A DNA stretch of 64,000 bases from an uncultured Ignavibacteria bacterium (GTDB taxonomy: Bacteria; Zixibacteria; MSB-5A5; CAIYYT01). The DNA is taken from assembly GCA_964552775.1 (NCBI GenBank), contig CAZKIH010000011.1, positions 15,206-79,205 of the forward strand, in the 5' to 3' direction. The position numbers and the translations under genes are program-made. The notes under the pieces are model-generated. The model was not told the origin of the DNA. It saw only the letters and a program-made list of their open reading frames with translations, and searched no databases. Positions 8,891-17,606 of the stretch are shown here, in pieces (the stretch's first letter is position 1; the number at the start of each line of letters is the position of its first letter).

Positions 8891-9478
8891 ATGTCTGAAC
8901 AAGATATCAAGATTACCGCTCAACTCTTTCCAGACCCTGATGTTTGCATCTTTCGCGTCGACCGTCCGGTATTTCCGGGCGGAGCGTTTGATTGCAAGAA
9001 CAAGGACATGGCTGCCGGCTCGCCGCTATTGGAAGCGCTCTTCGCGCTGAAGGGAATACGCGAAGTGTTCATTACCGGCGATAGCATAACGATCAGCAAA
9101 GACTCCGATGAAGAGTGGCAGGTACTTGGTCGGGAAGTCGGTCGAACTATTCGCGAACTGATCAAGTCTGGACAACCGCTGATGGCTGAGGATCTCAAAC
9201 AACCGGTACCGTCTGACGATGAGATCAAGAAAATCGTCGACGAAATGATTGAGAATGAGATTAACCCTGCCATTGCCTCGCACGGCGGCTTCGTTGAATG
9301 CGTTGCTGTCAAAAATGCTCAAGTGATGTTGAGGCTTGCAGGCGGATGTCAAGGTTGTGCGTCTTCATCAATGACATTGCGATACGGGATCGAACGATCT
9401 ATTCGCGATCGTATTCCTGGAGTGGGTGAAGTCGTTGATGTTACCGATCACTCTGCCGGAGTGAATCCATACTATTAG
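8891..9478 (+). CDS. nfuA: Nfu/NifU-like Fe-S cluster assembly protein (Nfu_N plus NifU C-terminal domain)
   Basis: C-terminal HGGFVECVAV...LAGGCQGCASSSMTLRYGIE carries the NifU CxxC motif. Confidence 0.75.
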   Translation: MSEQDIKITAQLFPDPDVCIFRVDRPVFPGGAFDCKNKDMAAGSPLLEALFALKGIREVFITGDSITISKDSDEEWQVLGREVGRTIRELIKSGQPLMAEDLKQPVPSDDEIKKIVDEMIENEINPAIASHGGFVECVAVKNAQVMLRLAGGCQGCASSSMTLRYGIERSIRDRIPGVGEVVDVTDHSAGVNPYY

Positions 9479-9518
9479 GTCGCCATAGAAAATTGAGCCT
9501 CCTCTTCATGAGGAAGAC

Positions 9519-9554
9519 AACGGACGGACTACAAAGTCTGTCCGTTGCTTTTTG
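9519..9554 (+). terminator. Rho-independent terminator after nfu
   Basis: AACGGACGGAC / GTCTGTCCGTT stem (1 mismatch), 6-nt loop, followed by GCTTTTTG. Confidence 0.6.
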
Positions 9555-9800
9555 AGATGTGTCACATTGGAATGAAGCCTGTCGCAACCCGACATTGGGC
9601 TTAAGCTTAATGGAATGGTAGATTGCGACTGAATTCATATAGATGAGAGTGAATTAGATGTCGGTGTAAACTGACTGTCCTTCAACACCTTTCTGATTTG
9701 TATAATTTTCTTAAGATTCTCTTGACTTGTGAGTCGCCCAAAAGATATATTCAGACTCGGAAGTCGCTGGTAGATAATGTGTTAACAATCTGTTAACATC

Positions 9801-10030
9801 TTGTGGATAACAACAAGGACATCTCAGCATTGCGTAGGAGCTCTTCGTAGTTCACTACTGGTTCGGTACCCAAATCGCCGATGTCCACCAAAGAATCATT
9901 AAGGGCTGCGACGGGGCTAATGTTGTATTCGGGCGTAACTCAGAATTTCTAAGGAAATATTTCGGATGACCAACCTCCTCACCGATTCTCGCGTCGGTCG
10001 CGAGCATGAACAATCTTTTTCTTATTCACA
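9801..10030. promoter_or_regulatory. dnaA promoter region with DnaA boxes
   Basis: Perfect TTATCCACA (reverse-complement TGTGGATAA) at 9802-9810. TTATTCACA at 10021-10029. Duplicated GTTAACA motif at 9781-9799. Confidence 0.55.
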
Positions 10031-10045
10031 GTTTACGGGGTAACC

Positions 10046-11419
10046 ATGCAGGAACAAATCAATGCTCTATGGGACAGGTGTCTCTCCAGCTTGTCCAAGC
10101 GCGTGAACAAGCCCTCATTCTTCACGTGGCTCAAGCCAATTCGAGTGGAATTCGTCGACGGCAATTGCTTCAACATACTCGTTCCAAATAATTTCGCGGC
10201 TCATTGGATTTCCGAGCGATATCGCCAGGCAATTAGTGAAGCGCTGGCCGAAGTCTCTGAACAGTCGTGGAATTTCGATTTCAAGATCCAGAAAGCCCCG
10301 GTGCAGGTTGAGATGTTTCCGGGCGAACCGGAGGAGGACCAACCGGCGATCATCGTCAGTGGCAATGGAAGCGGACACAACGGCCACCCAGCCCCAAAGC
10401 TGAATCCACGCTACTTATTTGAGAGCTTTGTCGTTGGTGATTCAAATCAATTCGCCTATGCTGCCTGTGAGGCTGTCTCTGAAGCCCCCGGAGAAAACCG
10501 TTATAACCCTCTCTTCATTTACGGCGGTGTCGGTCTCGGCAAGACTCACTTGGTGCAGGCGATCGGAAATGCCGTCTGCCAATCCAGTCCAAAGCTCCGC
10601 GTCATGTATGTTTCCAGCGAAAACTTCACGAACGAGTTCATTCGTTCCTTGGCCACCAAATCCGTTCACGAGTTTGCCAATCGCTATCGCACGGCTGACC
10701 TCCTTCTGTTGGATGACATTCAGTTCTTCACTGGCAAAGAATCAACCCAAGAGCAGTTCTTTCACACCTTCAATGCCCTGCATCAGGAAGGCAAGCAAAT
10801 CGTCCTGACCGCAGATCGTCCCCCGAAGGACATCCTTGGTCTCGAGGAAAGATTATTGTCGCGATTCAGCTGGGGACTGGTAGCCGATATTCAACCTCCG
10901 TCACTCGAAACCCGGGTAGCAATTCTGCAGAAGAAAGCCGAGAGTGATGGTGTCACCGTTCCCAATGACGTACTCACCTATATTGCCGATTCGATCACAT
11001 CAAATGTCCGTGAGCTTGAAGGCGCTTTGGTAAGACTCGTCGCCTATGCCTCCCTGCGCAAAAAAGAATTAACGATGTTGTTAGCCCAGGACGTCCTCAA
11101 AGACTCCATTCGCTCAAAGTCGAAGCCGGTGACCATTGAACAAATCCAGAAGGAAGTAGCGTCCTATTTCAAGATTTCTGAAGAGATGTTGAAGTCAAAA
11201 AAGAAGACTCAGGAAATTGTTACGGCACGTCAGGTGGCCATGTATCTTTGCAGAACACTAACAAGTTCATCTCTCAAACTGATTGGCATCAACTTTGGAA
11301 ATCGCGATCATTCGACTGTTATCCATGCCTGCCAACAAGTGCAGGACAATATGAAATCCTCAATGGATTTCAAATTGCAGATTGATCAACTCATCAACTT
11401 GACATGTAGTCACAAGTAG
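10046..11419 (+). CDS. dnaA: Chromosomal replication initiator DnaA
   Basis: AAA+ Walker A GGVGLGKTHL, LLLDDIQF, and the C-terminal DnaA-box-binding domain (ARQVAMYLCR...). Confidence 0.97.
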   Translation: MQEQINALWDRCLSSLSKRVNKPSFFTWLKPIRVEFVDGNCFNILVPNNFAAHWISERYRQAISEALAEVSEQSWNFDFKIQKAPVQVEMFPGEPEEDQPAIIVSGNGSGHNGHPAPKLNPRYLFESFVVGDSNQFAYAACEAVSEAPGENRYNPLFIYGGVGLGKTHLVQAIGNAVCQSSPKLRVMYVSSENFTNEFIRSLATKSVHEFANRYRTADLLLLDDIQFFTGKESTQEQFFHTFNALHQEGKQIVLTADRPPKDILGLEERLLSRFSWGLVADIQPPSLETRVAILQKKAESDGVTVPNDVLTYIADSITSNVRELEGALVRLVAYASLRKKELTMLLAQDVLKDSIRSKSKPVTIEQIQKEVASYFKISEEMLKSKKKTQEIVTARQVAMYLCRTLTSSSLKLIGINFGNRDHSTVIHACQQVQDNMKSSMDFKLQIDQLINLTCSHK

Positions 11420-11654
11420 GTGTATAACACTGTGGAAAAAATGACGGAAAAGAATTACTTCACAATCAATCCAAGTTTTCCATGTACACCAGTGTTGTTG
11501 TCAACACCACAGCAAACTCGCATGTTGTTCCATGACAAGAATATCCCTTTACAAAAAAACTTCTCCACACTACTATTATGACTATTATTCTTAGATTAAC
11601 TTAAGTTTATAACAAGAGTGCGGCGGCAATTGTGAATACTGAGGAAGCAACAAA
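11420..11654. promoter_or_regulatory. dnaA-dnaN intergenic region: candidate oriC / DNA unwinding element
   Basis: DnaA-box-like 9-mers TGTGGAAAA (11431-39), TTTTCCATG (11476-84), TTCTCCACA (11561-69). AT-rich tract 11541-11610. Confidence 0.4.
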
Positions 11655-12764
11655 ATGAAATTCACTTTAACAACTGACAAAATCCAATCAGCTCTAAGCG
11701 CGGTAATGAGTGCTGTACCGACTAAATCAACTTTGCCTATCCTTGGTAATATTCTTATGGAAGCTGATGGCAAATCTTTGAGCCTATCTGCAACTGATTT
11801 GGAGATTTCAATCACGACGTCGTTGGAAGTTAAGGCTGCCAAAAAGGGATCAGTTGCCATTCCGGCTAAGACATTTGCCGATATTATCAACGCACTTCCT
11901 CAGACTGAAATCGAAATTGAATCAGTTAATAACCGCATTGAAATGCGCTTTGGCACCGGTGATTACAAAATCTCCGGAATGTCCGCCGATGAATTTCCCA
12001 AACTTCCCGAATACGATGCTAAAAAAGAAATCCGCATTCCCGCTGATGTCGTCCGCAACTTGATTGCCAAGACCGCCTATTCGGTCTCAACCGATGAGAC
12101 TCGCCCAGCACTCAATGGCATTCTTTGGCAGACCAATGGGGAGCGGATGCGCATGGTGGCCACCGATGGTCATCGTTTGTCGCGCGCCGAGGCCGACAAC
12201 ACCAAATTGCAGGGTTTGCATGGCGATGTTATCGTCCCACCCAGAGCATTCAATCTGATCAACAAACTGGCAAGTGAGAGTGTTAGCGAGGTCGGCGTTG
12301 TATTTGGTGAAAACACCCTTGTGTTCATCTGTGGTAATAACACGATCAGCACGCGCATCATCGAAGGTCCGTACCCGAACACCGATCAGGTGATTCCTCG
12401 CAACAACGACAAGAATTTGATTGTCCCCAAAACGCTGCTGATGGAAACCCTCCGCCGCGTATCGATTCTCTCCAATTCACTGACCCGCCAGGTCAAGTTT
12501 ACCATCACGAACAATACCCTCGAACTCTCGGCAACCAATGTTGATCTTGGTGGTGAAGCTGTCGAGAAGATCCCTTGTCAGTATGATTCCGATGACTTGG
12601 AAATCGGCTACAATGCCCAGTATGTCCTCGATATCCTCAAACAGCTCGACGGCGACGAAGTGCGTTTCGCACTGTCGTCCTCAACCGCAGCCGCAGTTGT
12701 AACCTCCCTCGACGACGGCGCTGATTATCTCTGCCTGGTCATGCCACTCAGACTAGCGGACTAA
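11655..12764 (+). CDS. dnaN: DNA polymerase III beta sliding clamp DnaN
   Basis: 369 aa; canonical three-domain clamp sequence (MKFTLTTDKIQSALS..., ...LCLVMPLRL). Confidence 0.95.
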   Translation: MKFTLTTDKIQSALSAVMSAVPTKSTLPILGNILMEADGKSLSLSATDLEISITTSLEVKAAKKGSVAIPAKTFADIINALPQTEIEIESVNNRIEMRFGTGDYKISGMSADEFPKLPEYDAKKEIRIPADVVRNLIAKTAYSVSTDETRPALNGILWQTNGERMRMVATDGHRLSRAEADNTKLQGLHGDVIVPPRAFNLINKLASESVSEVGVVFGENTLVFICGNNTISTRIIEGPYPNTDQVIPRNNDKNLIVPKTLLMETLRRVSILSNSLTRQVKFTITNNTLELSATNVDLGGEAVEKIPCQYDSDDLEIGYNAQYVLDILKQLDGDEVRFALSSSTAAAVVTSLDDGADYLCLVMPLRLAD

Positions 12765-12823
12765 TGGGTGTGACGAATTCAGTCGCTCGTAGACGCTCGC
12801 TGAATGGCGAACTTAGTTGATTA

Positions 12824-13609
12824 GTAGGTCAGACATTCCTGTCTGACCAGCGACCGAAGGTCGCTCAGGGTTTGAGATGAATGATTCCCCTAGATTGAAG
12901 ATCGCGACCCGCCATTTGCCTCACTGGGAGTTGGAGGGATCCTTCTATTACATAACCTTCAGAGTCAAGCAGGGGACTCTGCATGATACGGAGGCATCTG
13001 TCCTAAGGAAACGTCTGCTTGAGGGGCACGGGAAGCACTGTCAGCTTATCGCATTCGTAATCATGCCCAATCATGTTCATCTCGTGCTGTCTCCTCGTCA
13101 GGGAATGACGCTTAGTCGGATACTCAAAGGAATAAAGGGAAAGTCCGCTCGCGAGATAAATACACTGCGAAAGACATCCGGTCCAGTATGGCAAGCCGAG
13201 TCATTTGATAGAATTATTCGGGACGAAACAGAGCTGACAGAAAAACTAAACTACATGCTCAATAATCCAGTAAGAGCGAGACTAACTGCAAATTCTTGGG
13301 AATATGAAGGTTGGTATTTCAATACCGACATTGCGGCTTCGCCGCAATGACAGGCAAGAATGTCTGTCCCACCAATACTGTTTCGCCGCGCTTTAGTAGG
13401 TCAGACATTCCTGTCTGACCAGCGACCGAAGGTCGCTCGAACATATTCAGCTTAGCGGGGTTTTGCGGGAAAGTGAGGAGTGGTACTTTAACTTTGATCT
13501 TGCGGCTTCGCCGCAATGACAGACAAGAATGTCTGTCCCACCAACGCACTGCAACGGACCTTCACAGTAGGTCAGACATTCCTGTCTGACCAGCGACCGA
13601 AGGTCGCTG
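12824..13609. mobile_element. RAYT/REP unit: REP-A, RAYT gene, then two tandem copies of (RAYT 3'-tail remnant + REP-A)
   Basis: Identical 42-nt REP-A GTAGGTCAGACATTCCTGTCTGACCAGCGACCGAAGGTCGCT at 12824-12865, 13396-13437 and 13568-13609. Duplicated tail TTGCGGCTTCGCCGCAATGACAG(G/A)CAAGAATGTCTGTCCCACCAA at 13335-13377 and 13501-13545. Confidence 0.8.
12877..13350 (+). CDS. REP-associated tyrosine transposase (RAYT, IS200/IS605-like Y1 transposase)
   Basis: HuH motif IMPNHVHLVL; catalytic Tyr region EKLNYMLNNPV. Flanked by REP hairpins. Confidence 0.85.
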   Translation: MNDSPRLKIATRHLPHWELEGSFYYITFRVKQGTLHDTEASVLRKRLLEGHGKHCQLIAFVIMPNHVHLVLSPRQGMTLSRILKGIKGKSAREINTLRKTSGPVWQAESFDRIIRDETELTEKLNYMLNNPVRARLTANSWEYEGWYFNTDIAASPQ

Positions 13610-13646
13610 AATGATCATAATTCCGAATAATACACGAGGGCGCCCC

Positions 13647-14555
13647 CTACGTTACCGCCACCGCCAGAACCAACGAGTTGTATTTCAAATCAATTGAGTC
13701 GTGTCCAGAGGTAATCACCGCCGGCACCTTGCCGCCGGTGACAATAAGACCCGCTTCGCTCTTCGTGTACATTGTGAGTGCTTTGTAAATACCATAGCTG
13801 GTCGCCAGGTTCGGACCGATCAGAATCTCGGCCTTGCCGGCGACTTCGCCTTTAGCGCCTTTTTCTTTGGCCGCGCTTTCCATCAACGCCACATCCATCG
13901 ATAGGGGACCGTCGACAAGACAATTCTTAATTTGGCCCTTGTCAACCATCTTGGAAATAACAGCCTCGACAATCGTCACCGGCATCTGTGGATAAATCAC
14001 TTCGACCGCAGCAAGCAACGCAACCTTGGGCAATGGGTTGTCCAGCTTGCGAGCAAGTGCCACGGCATTGTTAAGGATGTCAACCAGGTCCATCATTTCA
14101 GGATCAGGATTCACTATCGGATCAGAGAGTATTAACAGCCGATCCATTTGAGCGCTCTTGCAGACAAGATGCCCCGACACGAGATTCTTGGCAACGCGGA
14201 ATCCCAGCTTGCGCTCGAATAGTAACGACAGGAAATCTTTGGCACCAAATACACCCTTGCAGATTCCGCCAACCTTGCCGTCGCGAATCAGTTCGAGCGC
14301 TTGATACGCTGAATAGTTCGGCTCCGGCGAACGCACCAGTTCCCAACCGAGCACGTCAACACCGACCTCCTTGGAGGCTTTTGCGATCGCCGCCTCGTCG
14401 CCGATCATCACCGGCTTAACCAGACGATTCTTCATGGCACGATCAATCGCCTGAATCAGCTTCGGTTCGTGCGGCTCAACAAACGCGATCAATAGAGGAT
14501 CAACAGCCTTTTCGCGAGCCAGTTTTTCGATGTCAGAGAAATTCTTCAACATCAC
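13647..14555 (-). CDS. ptb: Phosphate butyryl/acetyltransferase (PTA_PTB family)
   Basis: 302 aa PTA_PTB-family fold. 4-nt overlap with the upstream paralog. Confidence 0.75.
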   Translation of the reverse strand: MMLKNFSDIEKLAREKAVDPLLIAFVEPHEPKLIQAIDRAMKNRLVKPVMIGDEAAIAKASKEVGVDVLGWELVRSPEPNYSAYQALELIRDGKVGGICKGVFGAKDFLSLLFERKLGFRVAKNLVSGHLVCKSAQMDRLLILSDPIVNPDPEMMDLVDILNNAVALARKLDNPLPKVALLAAVEVIYPQMPVTIVEAVISKMVDKGQIKNCLVDGPLSMDVALMESAAKEKGAKGEVAGKAEILIGPNLATSYGIYKALTMYTKSEAGLIVTGGKVPAVITSGHDSIDLKYNSLVLAVAVT

Positions 14556-15550
14556 TTAGCCCTCTTGAGATAATGCGAGAATAGGCAGGCAATCGAAATA
14601 GAGGCCAACTTATTCCGAGCCGTGTCAGTTCGCGAAACCAGACTCACCGGCACACGGGCACCGACAATGACTCCGGCAAATGCCGCCGGTGCCAGCAATA
14701 TCAGCGTCTTGGAAACGACATTGCACTCCTCAATAGAATCGACCAAAAAGATGTCGGCTTCGCCCGCGACGTAATTTGTGATACCGCGCCGCAGCGCAAC
14801 TTCTCGTGAAGTCGCCGCATCGAAAGTAATCGGACCATATACTTCACAGTCCGGAATCAATCCATCCTTGTTCATCGCCGTCAATTGCGCAGCCTCGGTC
14901 GTGGCAGAAAGTCGTGGATGGATATAATCCACCGGCGCCGACACCGCGACCTTGGGCTTCTCATATCCGAGGCAATGGAATAGCTTGACGGAGTTGTTGA
15001 TGATCTGGACCTTCTGATCAAACGTCGGCTTGACGACCATGCCACCATCGGTGATCCCGAGCAGTTTGTGATATCCCGGAAATCCAAGCACGGCTACATG
15101 ATTTAGAGTGTCCGCCGAACGCAGCGTGAATTCTCGTGAAAGAACGGTCTTGAGGAGTGCAGAAGTGGAAAGAAAGCCCTTCTGAATCAGATCCGCCTTG
15201 CCCTTGTCAGCGGCCTCGGCAGCCAGATGAGCCGACTCGCTTGGTTCCTTGGTATTTACGATCGTGAATCCCGCAAAATCGATCTTGTGCTTGTCGCCGA
15301 TTTCGCGGAGTTTTGCCTCAGCACCAAAGAGCGTGAAGCGGGCAAAACCGAGTTTGGCTGCTTCCGCGCACGCCTTGAGAACATCATCATCTTCCGCCGC
15401 GGCGACGGCAACCTTGAAAGGGCCGTACTTGTTGCCGAGAATTCCGGCGGCGTCAATTATGCCATCAGCAGAAGTGATCGTTTGGTAGTCCAAAGACATC
15501 GCGAGAATGTAGCAAGAATCATTCTTCAAGTCAACCCATCTGCGAGTCAA
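14552..15550 (-). CDS. ptb: Phosphate butyryl/acetyltransferase paralog (PTA_PTB family); start possibly at the internal Met MSLDYQ
   Basis: Second PTA_PTB-family ORF in tandem with the first. Confidence 0.7.
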   Translation of the reverse strand: MTRRWVDLKNDSCYILAMSLDYQTITSADGIIDAAGILGNKYGPFKVAVAAAEDDDVLKACAEAAKLGFARFTLFGAEAKLREIGDKHKIDFAGFTIVNTKEPSESAHLAAEAADKGKADLIQKGFLSTSALLKTVLSREFTLRSADTLNHVAVLGFPGYHKLLGITDGGMVVKPTFDQKVQIINNSVKLFHCLGYEKPKVAVSAPVDYIHPRLSATTEAAQLTAMNKDGLIPDCEVYGPITFDAATSREVALRRGITNYVAGEADIFLVDSIEECNVVSKTLILLAPAAFAGVIVGARVPVSLVSRTDTARNKLASISIACLFSHYLKRAK

Positions 15551-15700
15551 TCACAAAATCGACCGGAAATGTCAATCCAGCGCCTTGACTTGGAGTTTCT
15601 GGTCATCTATTCTGTGCATATCCCGCTGTCAGGTCCGGTTGGCACCCCGATTGCGGTCCAAGCTTGCATTGAACAATTGATATAGCCCTGGGAGGGAACT

Positions 15701-16558
15701 GTGAACTTCAAGAAAATCGGAATTGTCGGTTTCGGACAGATGGGTTCCGGCATCGCGCAAGTGACTGCTGCGGCCGGCTACAAAGTAGTTGCCCGCGAAG
15801 AAAAAGAAGAGCTGCTACAAAAGGGTCTGAAGGGGATCGAAAAGCTGCTCGACAAGGCAATCGAAAAAGGCAAAGCCACCGCGGACGACAAGTCAAAGAT
15901 TCTCGGCAACATCACTACGACAACTCGAATCGAGGACCTCGCCGATTGCGATCTGGTCATTGAAGCCGTCACGGAAAATCTAGAGGTTAAGATTCCTATC
16001 TTCCGAGCACTTGACAAGGCCTGCAAACCGGAAACGATCTTCGCATCCAATACTTCCTCGCTATCCATCACCGACATGGCCGTCGAGACCTCGCGTCGCG
16101 GCAAGTTTGTCGGTCTGCACTTCTTCAATCCGGTGCCGGTAATGAAGCTCATCGAGGTCGTCCGCACGGTGATGACCGATGATGCTTCATTCAAAGACGC
16201 AATTGCCTTCGCTGAATCGGTCGGCAAGGTTGTTGTGCGCGCCAAGGACTCATGTGGATTCGTCGTAAACCTCTTGTTGGTACCATATCTGATCGATGCC
16301 ATCCGCTGGTACGAAAATGGACTCGCCACGAAGGAAGAAATCGACAACGCCATGAAGCTCGGCTGTGCACATCCGATGGGGCCATTGGAATTGACAGATT
16401 TTATCGGACTCGATACAATCATGTACATTGGCGATATCATGTTCGAAGAATTCCGCCAACCACGCTATGCGTCGCCACCATTGCTCAAGCGCATGGTCAA
16501 GGCTGGATATCTCGGCCGTAAGTCTGGTCGCGGATTTTATGAATACGGATCAAAGTAG
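15701..16558 (+). CDS. hbd: 3-hydroxybutyryl-CoA dehydrogenase
   Basis: N-terminal Rossmann motif IGIVGFGQMGSGIA; 3-hydroxyacyl-CoA dehydrogenase C-terminal domain. Confidence 0.9.
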   Translation: MNFKKIGIVGFGQMGSGIAQVTAAAGYKVVAREEKEELLQKGLKGIEKLLDKAIEKGKATADDKSKILGNITTTTRIEDLADCDLVIEAVTENLEVKIPIFRALDKACKPETIFASNTSSLSITDMAVETSRRGKFVGLHFFNPVPVMKLIEVVRTVMTDDASFKDAIAFAESVGKVVVRAKDSCGFVVNLLLVPYLIDAIRWYENGLATKEEIDNAMKLGCAHPMGPLELTDFIGLDTIMYIGDIMFEEFRQPRYASPPLLKRMVKAGYLGRKSGRGFYEYGSK

Positions 16559-16567
16559 GGAGACGAA

Positions 16568-17350
16568 ATGGCTTACAATAACATCATCGTAGAAATACAA
16601 GGCGCCAAGGCCACGATCACCATGAACCGTCCTAAGGCGCTCAACGCACTCAATACAGAGACCTTGCTCGAAGTTAAGCAGGCCTTCACCGAGCTTGAGA
16701 CTGGCGGTCAAGTCAGGGTCGTGATCTTTACCGGTGCCGGCGAAAAAGCCTTCATCGCCGGAGCCGACATCGGCGAGCTGAAGACGCTTGATGTCGTGAC
16801 CGGAAAGAAATTCGTCGAGACTGGTCATGCGGTGCTCGCCCAAATTGAAAACTCCAGGATCATTTCAATTTGTGCCGTCAATGGATTCGCTTTGGGTGGT
16901 GGTTGTGAGTTCATGATGGCGACGGACATTCGCGTTGCGTCAGATACAGCCAGGATGGGCCAGCCGGAAGTCAACTTGGGAATCATTCCCGGATTCGGCG
17001 GCACGCAGCGGCTATCGCGTTTGGTCGGCAAAGGTCGAGCGAAAGAGCTCACGTTCAGTGCTCGCATCATCAAGGCAGACGAAGCACTTCGTATCGGACT
17101 GGTCGAGTTCATCTATCCCGCCGATCAACTGGTTGCTGAAGCAAACAAATTGGCTGATACGATTCTCTCCAAAAGCCCGCTCGGTGTCCAGTATGCGAAG
17201 GAATTGATCAATCGCGGCGGCGATATCGACCTGGCAAATGCAAATGGCCTCGAGATTCAAGCTTTCGCCGCCTTGTGCGCGACGGACGACAAGACCGAGG
17301 GCCTCGGCGCGTTTCTCGAAAAACGCGACGCCAAGTTTACAGGAAAGTAG
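16568..17350 (+). CDS. crt: Enoyl-CoA hydratase (crotonase)
   Basis: Crotonase fold with AGADI..., GGGCE..., and the GQPE oxyanion region. Confidence 0.9.
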   Translation: MAYNNIIVEIQGAKATITMNRPKALNALNTETLLEVKQAFTELETGGQVRVVIFTGAGEKAFIAGADIGELKTLDVVTGKKFVETGHAVLAQIENSRIISICAVNGFALGGGCEFMMATDIRVASDTARMGQPEVNLGIIPGFGGTQRLSRLVGKGRAKELTFSARIIKADEALRIGLVEFIYPADQLVAEANKLADTILSKSPLGVQYAKELINRGGDIDLANANGLEIQAFAALCATDDKTEGLGAFLEKRDAKFTGK

Positions 17351-17606
17351 GGTAGATTCGGCAGAATCTACTGCCGGTGCCCGCAGCCGCTGATTCGGCG
17401 CGAAGATAGATGAGAGGAATGGGGAATCGGGCTATAGCGCGATTCCCAATCGGGTTGTGCTACGTGAATGGGTCATGCGAGCTAACAGCTACCCTGTACG
17501 CTGGGACGTACTTCGCCCCGCATCAATTATTGCCCTGAAAACGATCTTCATCAAATAGCTGGCAAATACCGGCTCCTGAGTCCCGGTCCAGTTCAGGTGG
17601 GCTGAC

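Noticed and set aside
12824-13609. Possible CRISPR array (regularly recurring identical 42-nt repeats)
   Set aside because: Repeats are perfect palindromic double hairpins with irregular spacing (572 and 172 nt), the intervening DNA is a RAYT gene and its duplicated tail, and no cas genes are present. These are REP elements, not CRISPR.
17351-17606. Possible tRNA or small RNA in the crt / serine-hydrolase convergent spacer
   Set aside because: Contains hairpins (GTAGATTCggcaGAATCTAC, GGGAATCG...CGATTCCC) but no tRNA-like T-loop or acceptor structure and no U-tract. Most likely bidirectional terminator structures. Too weak to call.
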